64,000 nucleotides of DNA from Oopsacas minuta (GCA_024704765.1 JAKMXF010000111.1:1747627-1811626), one strand, 5' to 3'. Numbered from the stretch's first letter, positions 1 through 11,680 are shown. Numbers and translations are program-made. Notes: generated by a model from the sequence alone, not told the origin.

Positions 1-1321
1 AGTGGATTTGAGAGGAAAATGTAAGGCAAGAATTCACACTAAAGATACAGAGATAGTAAAGCGCACGAGTGAACATACTCATGCGCCTGACGAGCAGGCA
101 ATGAGCTGCTGCGAGACGAAGCTAGGCATCAAGAGGAAAGCACAGGAGTCTCAGGATGGCGCACACCACATAGTGGGCGAGAGTTTGCAGACAGCATCAG
201 AGGGTACTGCTGCTAAACTCCCCAAACTGGACAGCCTGAAGCGGACGATACAACGCCAACGTGCTAGTGTACTTGCAGCTCCAGCACAGCCTACCACTCT
301 AGCAGAGCTAGCTCTACCAGCAGTCTACCAGTAGACAGCCAAGGGAGAACAATTCTTACTCTACGACTCTGGTGCAGACGATGTACACAGATTCCTCATC
401 TTCGCGACACAACACAACCTCGGGATGCTGCAGCGAAGTAAGATCTGGCTAGCTGATGGCACCTTCAAGACGGCACCTCCCTCTTCGCCCAGGTGTATGT
501 GGTGCATGGACTCCGTGGAGGAGATGATCCTATGAAGACCGGTCATCTGTTACCGAGCCTGTTCGTGCTACTGCTTAACAAGACGGAGGCTGCCTACCTG
601 AGGATGTGGGAACAGATCCGCCTACTGTGCCCACTTGCCCAGCCTCAACAGATGCTCCTGCACTTTGAGAAGGGCGCGATTACCAGCTTTGAGCATGTCT
701 GGCCTAACACAGTGGTGAAGTGTTGCTTCTTCCACCTCACTCAGAATATCTGGCGACACGTGCAGTCTGTAGGGCTGCAGTCTGCCTACACACATGACGA
801 AGAGTTAGCTATGCGCATCCGGAGGATACCAGCCCTTGCTTTTGCCCGACCAGCAGACGTACCCGATCTGTTTGATCAAGTGGCAATGGACCTCCCCTTA
901 CGCCTGAGATAGGCGAACTAGTCGACTACTTTGAGAGGACGTATATCGGCCGCACAGTTGCCAGCGGATACCATGTAGGGGTGAGGTACCCTATTCACCC
1001 GTGGAACAACACATCGGCACGCCGTTAGGACTCCTCCGTACAACCAACGCCGTAGAGGCATGGCACCGAAGCTTCAATGCCACTGTCGGCTGCCATCACC
1101 CCACCATATGGAAGTTCATCCTCTCCTTCAAGCGTGAGCAGGGCCTAGTGGAGGTGCGGCATACTAACTACCTTGTTGGCAAGCTGCCAACCAAGCGGAG
1201 GCGGTCCCAACAGAGTGAGGAAGCGTTGAAGACTCTAGCTCGTGAATATTGTTCTCCAGATCGTTCTAAAATGGAGTTCTTGCAGGGTGTGGCACATCAT
1301 TCCAGTCTGGGAGCCGATTAA
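1..1321 (+). pseudogene. FLYWCH + MULE DDE transposase pseudogene (left arm, copy 1)
   Basis: Joined frames give CKARIHT..EHTH (FLYWCH end), WLADGTFKTAP (D1), MLLHFEK (second Asp replaced by His at 661-663), KCCFFHL (CxxH) and RTTNAVEAWH (E). There is a nonsense TAG at 332-334 and three frameshifts near 480, 897 and 1007. Confidence 0.9.
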
Positions 1322-2690
1322 TATGTTAATCTAAAGGATTATCTCTAATCAATGTATTTGAGGATTAGATAGTACTTTGATTAACATATTAATCGGCTCC
1401 CAGACTGAAATGATGTGCTACACCCTGCAAGAACTCCATTTTAGAACGATCTGGAGAACAATATTCACGAGCTAGAGTCTTCAACGCTTCCTCACTCTGT
1501 TGGGACCGCCTCCGCTTGGTTGGCAGCTTGCCAACAAGGTAGTTAGTATGCCGCACCTCCACTAGGCCCTGCTCACGCTTGAAGGAGAGGATGAACTTCC
1601 ATATGGTGGGGTGATGGCAGCCGACAGTGGCATTGAAGCTTCGGTGCCATGCCTCTACGGCGTTGGTTGTACGGAGGAGTCCTAACGGCGTGCCGATGTG
1701 TTGTTCCACGGGTGAATAGGGTACCTCACCCCTACATGGTATCCGCTGGCAACTGTGCGGCCGATATACGTCCTCTCAAAGTAGTCGACTAGTTCGCCTA
1801 TCTCAGGCGTAAGGGGAGGTCCATTGCCACTTGATCAAACAGATCGGGTACGTCTGCTGGTCGGGCAAAAGCAAGGGCTGGTATCCTCCGGATGCGCATA
1901 GCTAACTCTTCGTCATGTGTGTAGGCAGACTGCAGCCCTACAGACTGCACGTGTCGCCAGATATTCTGAGTGAGGTGGAAGAAGCAACACTTCACCACTG
2001 TGTTAGGCCAGACATGCTCAAAGCTGGTAATCGCGCCCTTCTCAAAGTGCAGGAGCATCTGTTGAGGCTGGGCAAGTGGACACAGTAGGCGGATCTGTTC
2101 CCACATCCTCAGGTAGGCAGCCTCCGTCTTGTTAAGCAGTAGCACGAACAGGCTCGGTAACAGATGACCGGTCTTCATAGGATCATCTCCTCCACGGAGT
2201 CCATGCACCACATACACCTGGGCGAAGAGGGAGGTGCCGTCTTGAAGGTGCCATCAGCTAGCCAGATCTTACTTCGCTGCAGCATCCCGAGGTTGTGTTG
2301 TGTCGCGAAGATGAGGAATCTGTGTACATCGTCTGCACCAGAGTCGTAGAGTAAGAATTGTTCTCCCTTGGCTGTCTACTGGTAGACTGCTGGTAGAGCT
2401 AGCTCTGCTAGAGTGGTAGGCTGTGCTGGAGCTGCAAGTACACTAGCACGTTGGCGTTGTATCGTCCGCTTCAGGCTGTCCAGTTTGGGGAGTTTAGCAG
2501 CAGTACCCTCTGATGCTGTCTGCAAACTCTCGCCCACTATGTGGTGTGCGCCATCCTGAGACTCCTGTGCTTTCCTCTTGATGCCTAGCTTCGTCTCGCA
2601 GCAGCTCATTGCCTGCTCGTCAGGCACATGAGTATGTTCACTCGTGCGCTTTACTATCTCTGTATCTTTAGTGTGAATTCTTGCCTTACA
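20..2690. repeat. 2.67 kb near-perfect palindrome, axis at 1355
   Basis: ORF coordinates mirror exactly (1001+1709 = 1321+1389 = 2710). The only arm mismatches seen were 630/2080, 1291/1419, 1302/1408 and the apex. Confidence 0.97.
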
Positions 2691-2831
2691 AGTTCCCCTC
2701 TCCTAGCACTGCCAATGCACCACATCTCCAATCCTCCTCTGCATAGTATACATATAGCCTCCTTCCATCAACTTGCTGCCTCCTCTGATTGTCTTGATCA
2801 ACCTGAATGGTTGATCAGGAGGCTCTGCCAT
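1389..2831 (-). pseudogene. FLYWCH + MULE DDE transposase pseudogene (right arm, copy 1) with complete N-terminus
   Basis: Mirror of the left arm. It extends to an ATG at 2831 reading MAEPPDQPFRLIKTIRGGSKLMEGGYMYTMQRRIGDVVHWQC*ERGTCKAR (FLYWCH). It has an extra stop at 2703-2705 and the same lesions as the left arm. Confidence 0.9.
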
Positions 2832-3204
2832 TAGCAAATTAAATAATCAACAAATAATACAATAAAAACAGATAAATAACTTGTTTGAGAAACACTGATC
2901 TGAACAATGGAAGTAACCAATCGTATTTATTGAATTTTGAAGCTTATTGACTTCATAAAACAGCTGTACGATGTTTACAGAGTAAAGAATTTGATGATGA
3001 ATACTTGAGGTTACATTCCAATTTATGTATAAACATTATCAGTTGTTTCGAATTATTTGATTGAGGTAACTTCTGAAAATATACTCAATGCATTTAGACG
3101 TAATACTTTGAACGGCTTTACAAGAATCTAAACTATAACTTGGATTCTACAAGGGTAGATTTTATAATATTTAAGGGGATAATTTAATTATAAATAATAA
3201 TTAA

Positions 3205-3318
3205 AATTGACCAATCAAATAAGTAGCGATATGTCGTGTAACGAAATGTCGCTGTAGCGAAATGTCTGTAGCGAAATGTCGTGTAACGAAATGTCGTGTA
3301 GCGAGATGTCGGTATCCG
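3205..3318 (-). repeat. MULE TIR with six tandem GTA(G/A)CGA(A/T/G)ATGTC subterminal repeats
   Basis: Six 13-16 bp units run from 3223 to 3310 and end in GGTATCCG. The architecture matches the TIRs at 28795 and 33343. Confidence 0.8.
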
Positions 3319-4916
3319 ACAATAATCAGCCATCATGTTTGGAGAAACTTTCCATTGTGCTCATATCTTGATGAAATCTTTCACCAAGTTCATTACTCAC
3401 AGCACCTAGATTTTCTGGAAAAAATTGCAAAATGTGAGTGAAGAAACTGCATTTTTAGAGACATGTTACATCCCATTGTTCTGAATGCATCAAGTAGTGT
3501 CACAACAAGTTCTTCATAAATTGGTGATTTCTTAGTTCCTAAAAAGTTCTCAGTTAAAGATTTGAAAGAATTCCATGGTGCTTTCTCGACAGAATTTAGA
3601 CATGCTTCGAAGTTTAGATCCTTGAATTGTTCTCTAATTTGGGGACCTATAAATACCCCTTCCTTGATTTTAGCATCATTGACCATAGGAAATTTGTCCT
3701 TGAGGTATTTGAAATCTTCTTCTTCTTTATTGTATTTTACTATCGCCTTTACAAAGTTTTTCATCAAACCCAGTTTTATGTGCAGCGGTGGTAACAGAAT
3801 TTTCTCTAGATATACTAAAGACGGACAGCTTACACTCTTTACACCAGCAGTTAATTGATATTGTAGAGGCCACTCCTTAACTATATAGTGGGATTGCCTT
3901 GCTCTACTATCCCACTCACAGAGGAGCAACAATATCTCGTGTATCCAGGTTGCATACCCAACAAAAGTTCAATTACCTTCAGATCACCACAGATGTGCCA
4001 ATTGTAATAGTCATATCTGATCAGTTACAATAAGATATCCATATTCTCATGAGACTCCTTCATGTATACCGAATGACCTATCGGTATAGATGGTAATACA
4101 TTACCTTTATGAAGTAAGAATGCCTTGAGGCTGTGCTTAGAAGAATCAATGAAGAGACGTCACTCTGGTGGTTCGTGTTGAACACCTAAAAACTCCATCA
4201 CACAATCCACATTGTTACACTAACAAAGAAGGCCCTGCATTTCAAAATGTACAGAGAAATCACTTTGACGGGTCCTGAAAAATGAAACTTTAGTCTCCTC
4301 ATCCAATAAGTTCCAACCTTTCAATCCTAACCCAAGCAATTCACTTTGATCTTTTTGTCAAATTCAAGTCTCGAACCAAATCATTCAGCTCACTTTGATT
4401 AATGATGTGGGGAAGTCTTGTTTTATCAGGTGGCATAGGTGGAGGTATAATTTCCTCATCATCTTGATCTAACATAGCATATTCAACAGTATCGTCATCA
4501 AAGGAAACTTTCTTAAGCTTAGGTACTTCGAATTCTGTAGAATGCTAAACAGGACGAATCGCAGATTGAAGATTGGGATAACATATATTCTTTTTGGTCT
4601 TAGAAGTGATTCCTATTATATCAGTTAAACAGAAATAACAATCAATATAATGATCTCTTGGTTCCCTCCATATCATGGGAATAGCAAATTGCATTGAATT
4701 ACGTGAGCCAATTAGCCATTTACTAAGTCCTATTGCACATTTTGAGCAACAAAAATGAGGTACCCAAGGCTTATCTTGATCACAAATGTTGCAACCGAAA
4801 TATTGCTCATATCCCTTGTGTACAAGGGGAGACATGTCTCTCAGCTTAAATTTTGTAGTAAATTCTCCAAAAATATAACAGAGAGAATCGGTTGGGTTTG
4901 AACATCGACGAGACAT
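3319..4916 (-). pseudogene. Chapaev3-type transposase pseudogene
   Basis: Motifs CYIFG..YFG..DQDKPWVPHFCCSKC, WREPRDHYIDCYFC, ICGDLKV..LLGMQPGY..C..CEWDSRA, LLPPLHIKLGLMKNFVKA, MSLKMQFLHSH, FPENLGAVSNELGERFHQD and MMADYC (cut at 3319). Multiple frameshifts. Confidence 0.85.
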
Positions 4917-5219
4917 TACTGAAAAGGAATAAATACAAATACAATCAGATAATCTCCTCTTGAAAGAGCAAATAATATTCTATATATTTTAAGAAAATTT
5001 GAATTGTTAGACAATATATACGGAAGGTAATAATACATATACAATTACAAATTCTATCGAGACCTATGGAAACATGATTTTGGAAATTTCCGAATTTTAC
5101 AAAATCTCTGCCTGATAGAGAAAAGCTGATTGGATATTTGGAATCAGGGTACTTAAATACATAAGAAACACTACCGTATATTCCAGAAGCAAAAACTGAT
5201 GAAAATTTGTTGGACAGTG
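3319..5219 (-). mobile_element. Chapaev3 (CMC superfamily) DNA transposon, interrupted at its 3' end by MULE copy 1
   Basis: Terminus CACTGTCCAACAAATTTT (minus strand, 5219) is flanked by TAA, consistent with a TWA target site. The transposase pseudogene lies inside. Confidence 0.8.
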
Positions 5220-5344
5220 TAATCTAGTTGGTAAATATATAATCAGAACTCGAAAATTTTGGTATAGGCTCAATCTAATTTCGCTGCGATACGTCTGAAC
5301 AGATGATTAGGTTGTTTTTAATAAACATTTATTGAACATAATTA

Positions 5345-5760
5345 AGAGATAGTACGCGCTTGAAGTGATACCTAAATTTTGAATTCATAAACCATTTGAA
5401 GTTGGCCTCTTCAATAATTGATCTAATCTTGATCTATTACCTGTAAACCCTACCCAAGACCCAAAAGGCTCCAAAACACCCAAATATCCACATTAAATAA
5501 CAACTAAGTTGCAAATATCTCTAAGTGAGTAGCCCATTTCCCAACCATATTCATTTCCATTGTATTTACCCAATGCTGAATATTCCTAAATTACCTTTAG
5601 TATAAACATACTCAGTCTGTTGAAACGTTTTACAACTGGCACTTAATATACCAAGCTTTTTTTCAACGATAATTGCACGTATTTCTTATGGTATGTTATC
5701 AGATAAGAATTTGTCGAAAAATAACAATTTCCATCCTCATCTGATGTAGTTCTATCATTC
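5345..5760 (-). pseudogene. Degenerate OTU-type cysteine protease domain
   Basis: Manual translation across frameshifts gives DEDGNCYF (Cys motif), YHKEIRAIIVEK, MVGKWATHLEIFAT*LLFNVDIWVF and (Y)HFKRVL (His motif), in OTU order. Confidence 0.65.
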
Positions 5761-6155
5761 AGGGATCAAACACAAACAATTCTTCACCGTTATCAATTAA
5801 ATTATCTAAAGAATATGTATTCTGAGTTCTATTATCTAGTTCCCATTCCTACAGGTAGAAATTTTGCATTCAACGTGTCGCGGACGAAAGCTTTGTAAAA
5901 TATCCTGTATTATGATTGACTATACAAATTTTTCATCAGTAATAATTGATGCAGTCTTAATTTCTGGTCATTCACAAATCTTAAGTAACCTAGACAAAAT
6001 CAGATGACCCTAAACCGTTAACGCCCAAAGTGTTACGTTCTAACAAAAGGAAATCAATTCCCACACTCAAATCGAGATTTCAGTACCTTATTGACGTCAT
6101 AAAATCACACATTTTCCCGACCGTATTCGGTTAATAGGGATTATTGTATATTTTA

Positions 6156-6671
6156 CTAGTTTAATCTATTAAATTGAGGAAATTCATATGTTTTGACTTC
6201 GAGATATAAATTGAATGAGATCTCAGGTCTCCAATTTGATTTGAAATTCAAAATATCTAATATAACTATACGCATCCAGTTCTCTACAATGGCGTTACTA
6301 TAATATGAATGTTTCCAACTGAAACACTTTGAGGAACTAATATAACACCAGTCCATAATGGCAGAATAGATAGTAAAGTAGGAAGTTAAAATATATCTAA
6401 AAGGTAAACAGGAAAGATTCGAATTAAAAGCATTGGTATGATTATTGTTGATAGCATTTTCAGATTGTTTACTTATATCTGAAAAATGTTTGCCAAAGGG
6501 AGATCTGTCTCTTAGCGCCTTACCATCTTTAATATCGATGAAGTCATTATCACTATCCTCATAGTCTAACCTTTCATTTATATGACAGTTTAGACGATGA
6601 GATAGTGAAAATGATCCTATGTCATAATGATTTAGATCAGTCATTCTGATATAAATCAGAATGGCTGTCAC
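6156..6671 (-). pseudogene. Probable fragment of a NOF-FB/Rehavkus-like (MULE-related) transposase
   Basis: The ORF contains SAIM...YSNAIVENWMRIV.LDIL.....RP, resembling the catalytic-Glu region of NOF-like transposases. It lies upstream of the OTU remnant on the same strand. Recognition is from memory of the motif only. Confidence 0.45.
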
Positions 6672-7064
6672 TAATATAATACTCTAATCTATAATATTTG
6701 ATAGACATGTTCATTTAGAAATCTACCTTTAAACACATACTACAAAGAAGTAAACACAGAACTAACTGAGTATTATTAGTACAACCACGAGACATCCATA
6801 GGAAAACAAAATCTAGGTCCACTTTCTCAATTTAACAATAATTTTCTATAAATGTGAAAGCCAATGCCATGTGACATATGGGGAAATAAATGGAGAATCA
6901 ATATTAATTATAGTCCTAATTGGCAGAATTTGTATCCATTCTATTCCAACATTTCTCAAGAAATGTGTCGATATCACAATTAAGAACAGCATTACACACA
7001 TTATGAATTAATGCCCATCTGAGATCTATCTGAAATTGTCCTTTGTTAATATTATAACCTAATA

Positions 7065-7240
7065 CGGTAGAGTCTCCTTAATACGATCACGATTAAGGCG
7101 TAACTCCGGATAAGGAGTTTATACACTTTATCAGTCCCCTTCAATGCCTTTTCAATGTAAATCTGTTCGGATAATAAGGACTCGGGTAAGGAGTACGAAA
7201 TTTGGCAGTCCCCTTCTGTACGTATTAATTGAGTCTACTC
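7065..7240. mobile_element. Small pogo/Tigger-like MITE
   Basis: Imperfect TIRs CGGTAGAGTCTCCTTAATACG / CGTATTAATTGAGTCTACTC, each flanked by TA. Confidence 0.55.
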
Positions 7241-10200
7241 TATATTATTTGCACCAAGACGCCATTTGTGTATAAAATAATTAATTTCAGCGCTACTATG
7301 ACGAGAACTGATCATTTCTGCAAGGGGTAGGGGACTGGTAGATAAGTTGGATGTTGTACTGTGAGGAAATAATATGATACTTTGTCCTGGGAAGGTTCAA
7401 TCTTTCGAATGATTGGGCCAGTAGCATCTGGGTGAAGAATAATGCTTTAAAATAATTGAACAATTTAATTAAGCCTTCAGTATATATAAGTGAATAATAA
7501 GGGGTTATGTCCTAATGACTGAATATACCCTCTAAAATAACTACCCACTAAAGAATTCCGATAATACTGTTGCAAACTAATAACTACAATTATCATTAGA
7601 GTACATCTGTAAACCTGACAAATCAAATCTTTCATTCCTTAATACAGCAGCGCTTTCAATGGCTTGTTTCGATTAGTGAATTTAAGCGATGAAATCCATT
7701 TCCACTTTGTTCAAAACGAAAGAAGCATTTCCAAACAAATGCAAAATTCCACAGTTGATGTTGCCAACAAATTTCCATGCTAATGAACATTTAACTCTTC
7801 ACAAGACTTAAGTTTATTTAGTTGCTCAAGAATACACTTATGAAATTTTTGCACTCCTCATTTAACAACCAATTGATAAGCATGAAATGCCACTAATGCG
7901 TGGACATTCTGAAGCCAAAAAATTTTAGTGTGTTTAACCATGGAAGATTATCACAATTATGTATGTCCAAGAGGAGGAGAAAAGGCCAGGGTATATCTCA
8001 AACTATCTAGTTCAGGGTTTTCGCAACCAGATACCAATAGGCTAAATATATGCAATTTGGCACTTCCCGCTACAAACTTCCCATACTAAAATCTGTATCT
8101 AATTGACTACTAATATTACTATGATCTAAACTATTAACGTAAATATTATGTGAATCTAACCCGGTACTAACTTGTTCTACAACCAATTAGAACATATAAC
8201 TACCGGAATCGCTGTTCAACTTATTGCTGTTAAATTCTATACTTGATTCACCTAATCCTGAAAATGGATGCGGTTTACTTTCCAATTTAAGTAGAGAGAA
8301 GCACGTGTGTTTGGTTAATTCATAATGAATATGAGAATAACTTTCCCCATACTGACATTGCCCTCGCCAGTATCAGTTATCCAAGGCTACCTTAAGTTTA
8401 TCAAAATCATTGTAACCGAGTTGGGTAATTGCAGTCAGTAAATTTGCATAAAATTTTTAAGTAATCAATATATAGCTATAAAGCATTTAAATCATCTAGC
8501 ACAAATTGGTCTTAAAGGTAATTCCTATGTAAAATTCGGGCGTATTTCAAAAATAAGAATTTTAATTTATAATTGGATACAGAAAATGTAGAAAGTGAGA
8601 TGTAAACATGATTAAAAGGATAATTGTTGTCACAATTATTTCAGGAGAAATTAATAGAAAACATCAGCCAAAAATATAATGTAAAATTGCTAACTGATCA
8701 TGAAGAATTTCGTGACTATAAGTGATGATATGAAATGTACCAACTTTCTTCTCTACACTAGTGGTTATTTTAAAATAGAACCCATACAATTGAGTAAAGG
8801 TGCTTCAGTAGGGATTTGATTCCACTACTGAATCCGCTGCTAAATTAACACTCATAATGAATTCTACAATTTGGAGAAAAGGACGTACCAACCGAAAGTA
8901 CGTTTAGCAGAGCATATACAAGGCCGGTTCAACTATATCTAAATTCGTATGCAATTAGCTCGACTAGAAAACTTTCCAAAATATGATTCAGAAACTGATA
9001 CGTATAAGATTAATGAAATATTTTCTCATATTATTGCTAAGAAACATACATGCACGCAAATATTCAACATCAAAGTACAGTAGGACGTGTATTTAAACCA
9101 AGAGCACACAATCTTACCATGGATTGGTATTAAAAATACACCAATATTCAAAGGTTTTATTAGTCCAGAGGTCTCACCAAAAGTTCTCTTTCAGGAAAGC
9201 TGGGCTAGAATCCTTATCTCCATCAAAATTGGCGACGTAATGATTGGGTACTATGCCAGATTCTCCAGTCCGCTGATTCTTACACTCAACCCACAAATCA
9301 GTGTGTAGTTTTATTAGAATAAGATCATCTCCTGCAAGGAGTTCTATCTCATCTCTATGACGTGGAATGAATCTAACATTAAATCATACAATATAATCAT
9401 AATAAATCAAGGATAAGTCCGCAAACTACTAAGGATAAGTATTACTTCGGATTATTTCCTACCAAATATCTGAACAAACATTAATAACAGATACAGTAAC
9501 CATACGAAAGTATCTGGGTACTATTAAAATGACACAACCTCTTTGAGCGTGTTTGATCGGAAATTTTCAGTTGATGTTGAATGATTCAGATTATAAAATG
9601 AGCTAAGTAAATATTGGGCATGTGACCAAATATCCAGTTGTTAAGTGAAATTGACTGCATCCTATTAATCTTCATATATGGTAAAGAAATTTGAGGGCTG
9701 TATCAACTTAATTTAAGTAGACAAAACAACTACTTTTGTCTATCAACTCATTCAACTGATTCAAAGATGAGCCGATAATTTTTAGAGTCAAAAGTCAAAC
9801 TGATAATAATGAGCTTAATACAACATAACTGATTTATTGAAATCACGATTTAGGCAAAATATACTGGTATGTGGGGCCACAACCCACTTCAAATTTTTGG
9901 ACCTAAGTAAGCTAAGCAAGCCAAAAATTTCTAGGATGTACGACCCGAGATCTAGAATAGTTTTGTAAATACGGAATAATACTAGATAATATTTGCATAA
10001 AACTATTTCAGCAATTAAGAGAGGAAGAAACTATATCCATCATATTATAAATCAATTCTTTTTGTTTATTGATATTTGTCTAGTTGTCAGTTCTATTTGT
10101 CCGTTGGCAAGGAATAATATTATTGTATGCGAAACTCAAATTAATACTCAAATCCGAGATATCAGGTTGGCAGCCCTGAGATCATACAATATTTATATAA

Positions 10201-11680
10201 TCTCAGCGCTGCCGGCTCCAAATCATCAAAAGCGGGAGGTTTGCCATTTTAGTCGGAGATTTAACTAAAAGTGGGAGATTTAGTTTATTGCATAACTCTA
10301 GCGTGATCTTCAATATTTCACTATAACATAAATATTTAGATATAAAATAGAAAGTACTATAATATCCTCATTCTATTTGATTTAAACAAACATTTTGTCC
10401 AGTGAAAAATTTTAATATACAGTTTAACTTGCTTAACCGCCCTTTTGTATAACAGCCACATGCAATAGTAGTGCTTCAGATTAAAATGAGGGTGTGCAAG
10501 TAGAATGACAATTTACGCAAATTCTTTGTGAAACATAAACAGGGGTAACCACTCCGGAAATATTTGACCCATACCCGGGTGGTGGGTCCAATTTTCAGAT
10601 TTTTACCAATGAGGTACCTGGTACTTCGGTAGTCTGACATAGTTGGGCTACATCTTAAAATATAGGGCATGTTATTAATAAAGGAAGTTCAGTTTCATTG
10701 AAACTAAACATAAAGACACACAAATATATTTAGAGCAAATAGAAAGGTTTCGGTCCAATGAAAATTCAATATATCATTGTGCAGTTGATACTATTCATTC
10801 TGGGGTTATTATACATTGAGTTTTCACTTTTCATAGATACATTCTTCAACACAAGTAATGCATTTTGTGTCATAGTGCTACTTCAATTTTCTCTGTGTCG
10901 GACACAATTGACCAATGACCACTGAAGAGACACAGTTAGGTGTTCAAATCAGAGGCATAGCTAGCATATCCTCTTTGAGACTGCCCTTGGGGTTGTTAGC
11001 AACCTCAATCGTACAGAGAGTGCTAGCATCACCAGGAATCCAGGGGATTACCACTGGGATTGTTGACGGTAGCCCTGGGGTTGTCAGCAACTCCTTACAA
11101 CCTCCTAACTAGACCTATGTATCAAATCCACCCAGCCTCCCCTATTTGATCCAATTCTTTTAGCGTTGTTCGTAATCAGCGTGAATTCCCATCTTTCAAG
11201 CGGTCAATTGAATATATTTTGGAAGTTGTCATTCTTGCAAATCAGAGATGTGAAGAATGTAGCAACAAAGGTCACGACACTAGCTATATATAGAAATTTG
11301 GATAATACATTAACTTTATATTCAATAAATTTAACCATAAGTTAACTCGAAATGCGAAATTCGCATTCAGTGTACTTGATTACCCCTGTATGTCTATGGA
11401 GAGCACTTCTCCACATATAATTAGAGATTTGAATTTACATAGAAATTTATAATAATATGATCAATCAACAAAAGGTGTGAAAATATACACATTAGAAATT
11501 TTCAAATGTCAGGGGGACAATATATATAACTAGATAGCTACCATAGACTAACTATATAATATAGTCGGCAGAGTAAAAAGTACATTGTACATGCGCAGTA
11601 GATACAGTCAGTGGCGTATCGAGGGGGGACGGCACAATGCCTCTTAAAGGCCCGAATCCATTCACTAGTATCCATATAAC

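Larger units (their letters stand above)
1..3318. mobile_element. Palindromic (foldback) MULE/Mutator element, copy 1; left end lies outside the window
   Basis: Two convergent FLYWCH-MULE transposase pseudogenes are mirrored about position 1355. The right terminus ends ...GTCGGTATCCG at 3318 and shares AATTGACCAATCAAAT with the TIR at 33290-33343. It interrupts a Chapaev3 ORF at 3319. Confidence 0.85.

Noticed and set aside
361-546. 61-aa ORF MTGLHRII... present four times, and similar antisense ORFs (2628-2834, 29232-29528, 29447-29635, 31751-31939, 31858-32172)
   Set aside because: These are shadow frames opposite the MULE transposase; their repetition is explained by the palindromes.
1321-1389. 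Bulged AT-rich hairpin resembling a viral or linear-plasmid hairpin telomere
   Set aside because: It is internal, joins MULE transposase genes, and copy 2 is bounded by MULE TIRs and a 9-bp TSD. No viral replication or capsid genes are present.
3223-3310. Short tandem repeats that could suggest a CRISPR array
   Set aside because: The units are 13-16 bp with no unique spacers, there are no cas genes, and they form a MULE subterminal array in eukaryotic DNA.
10915-11112. Locally GC-richer stretch with GGGGTTGT(T/C)AGCAAC twice and a 65-aa ORF
   Set aside because: No recognisable motif in any frame; too short to interpret.
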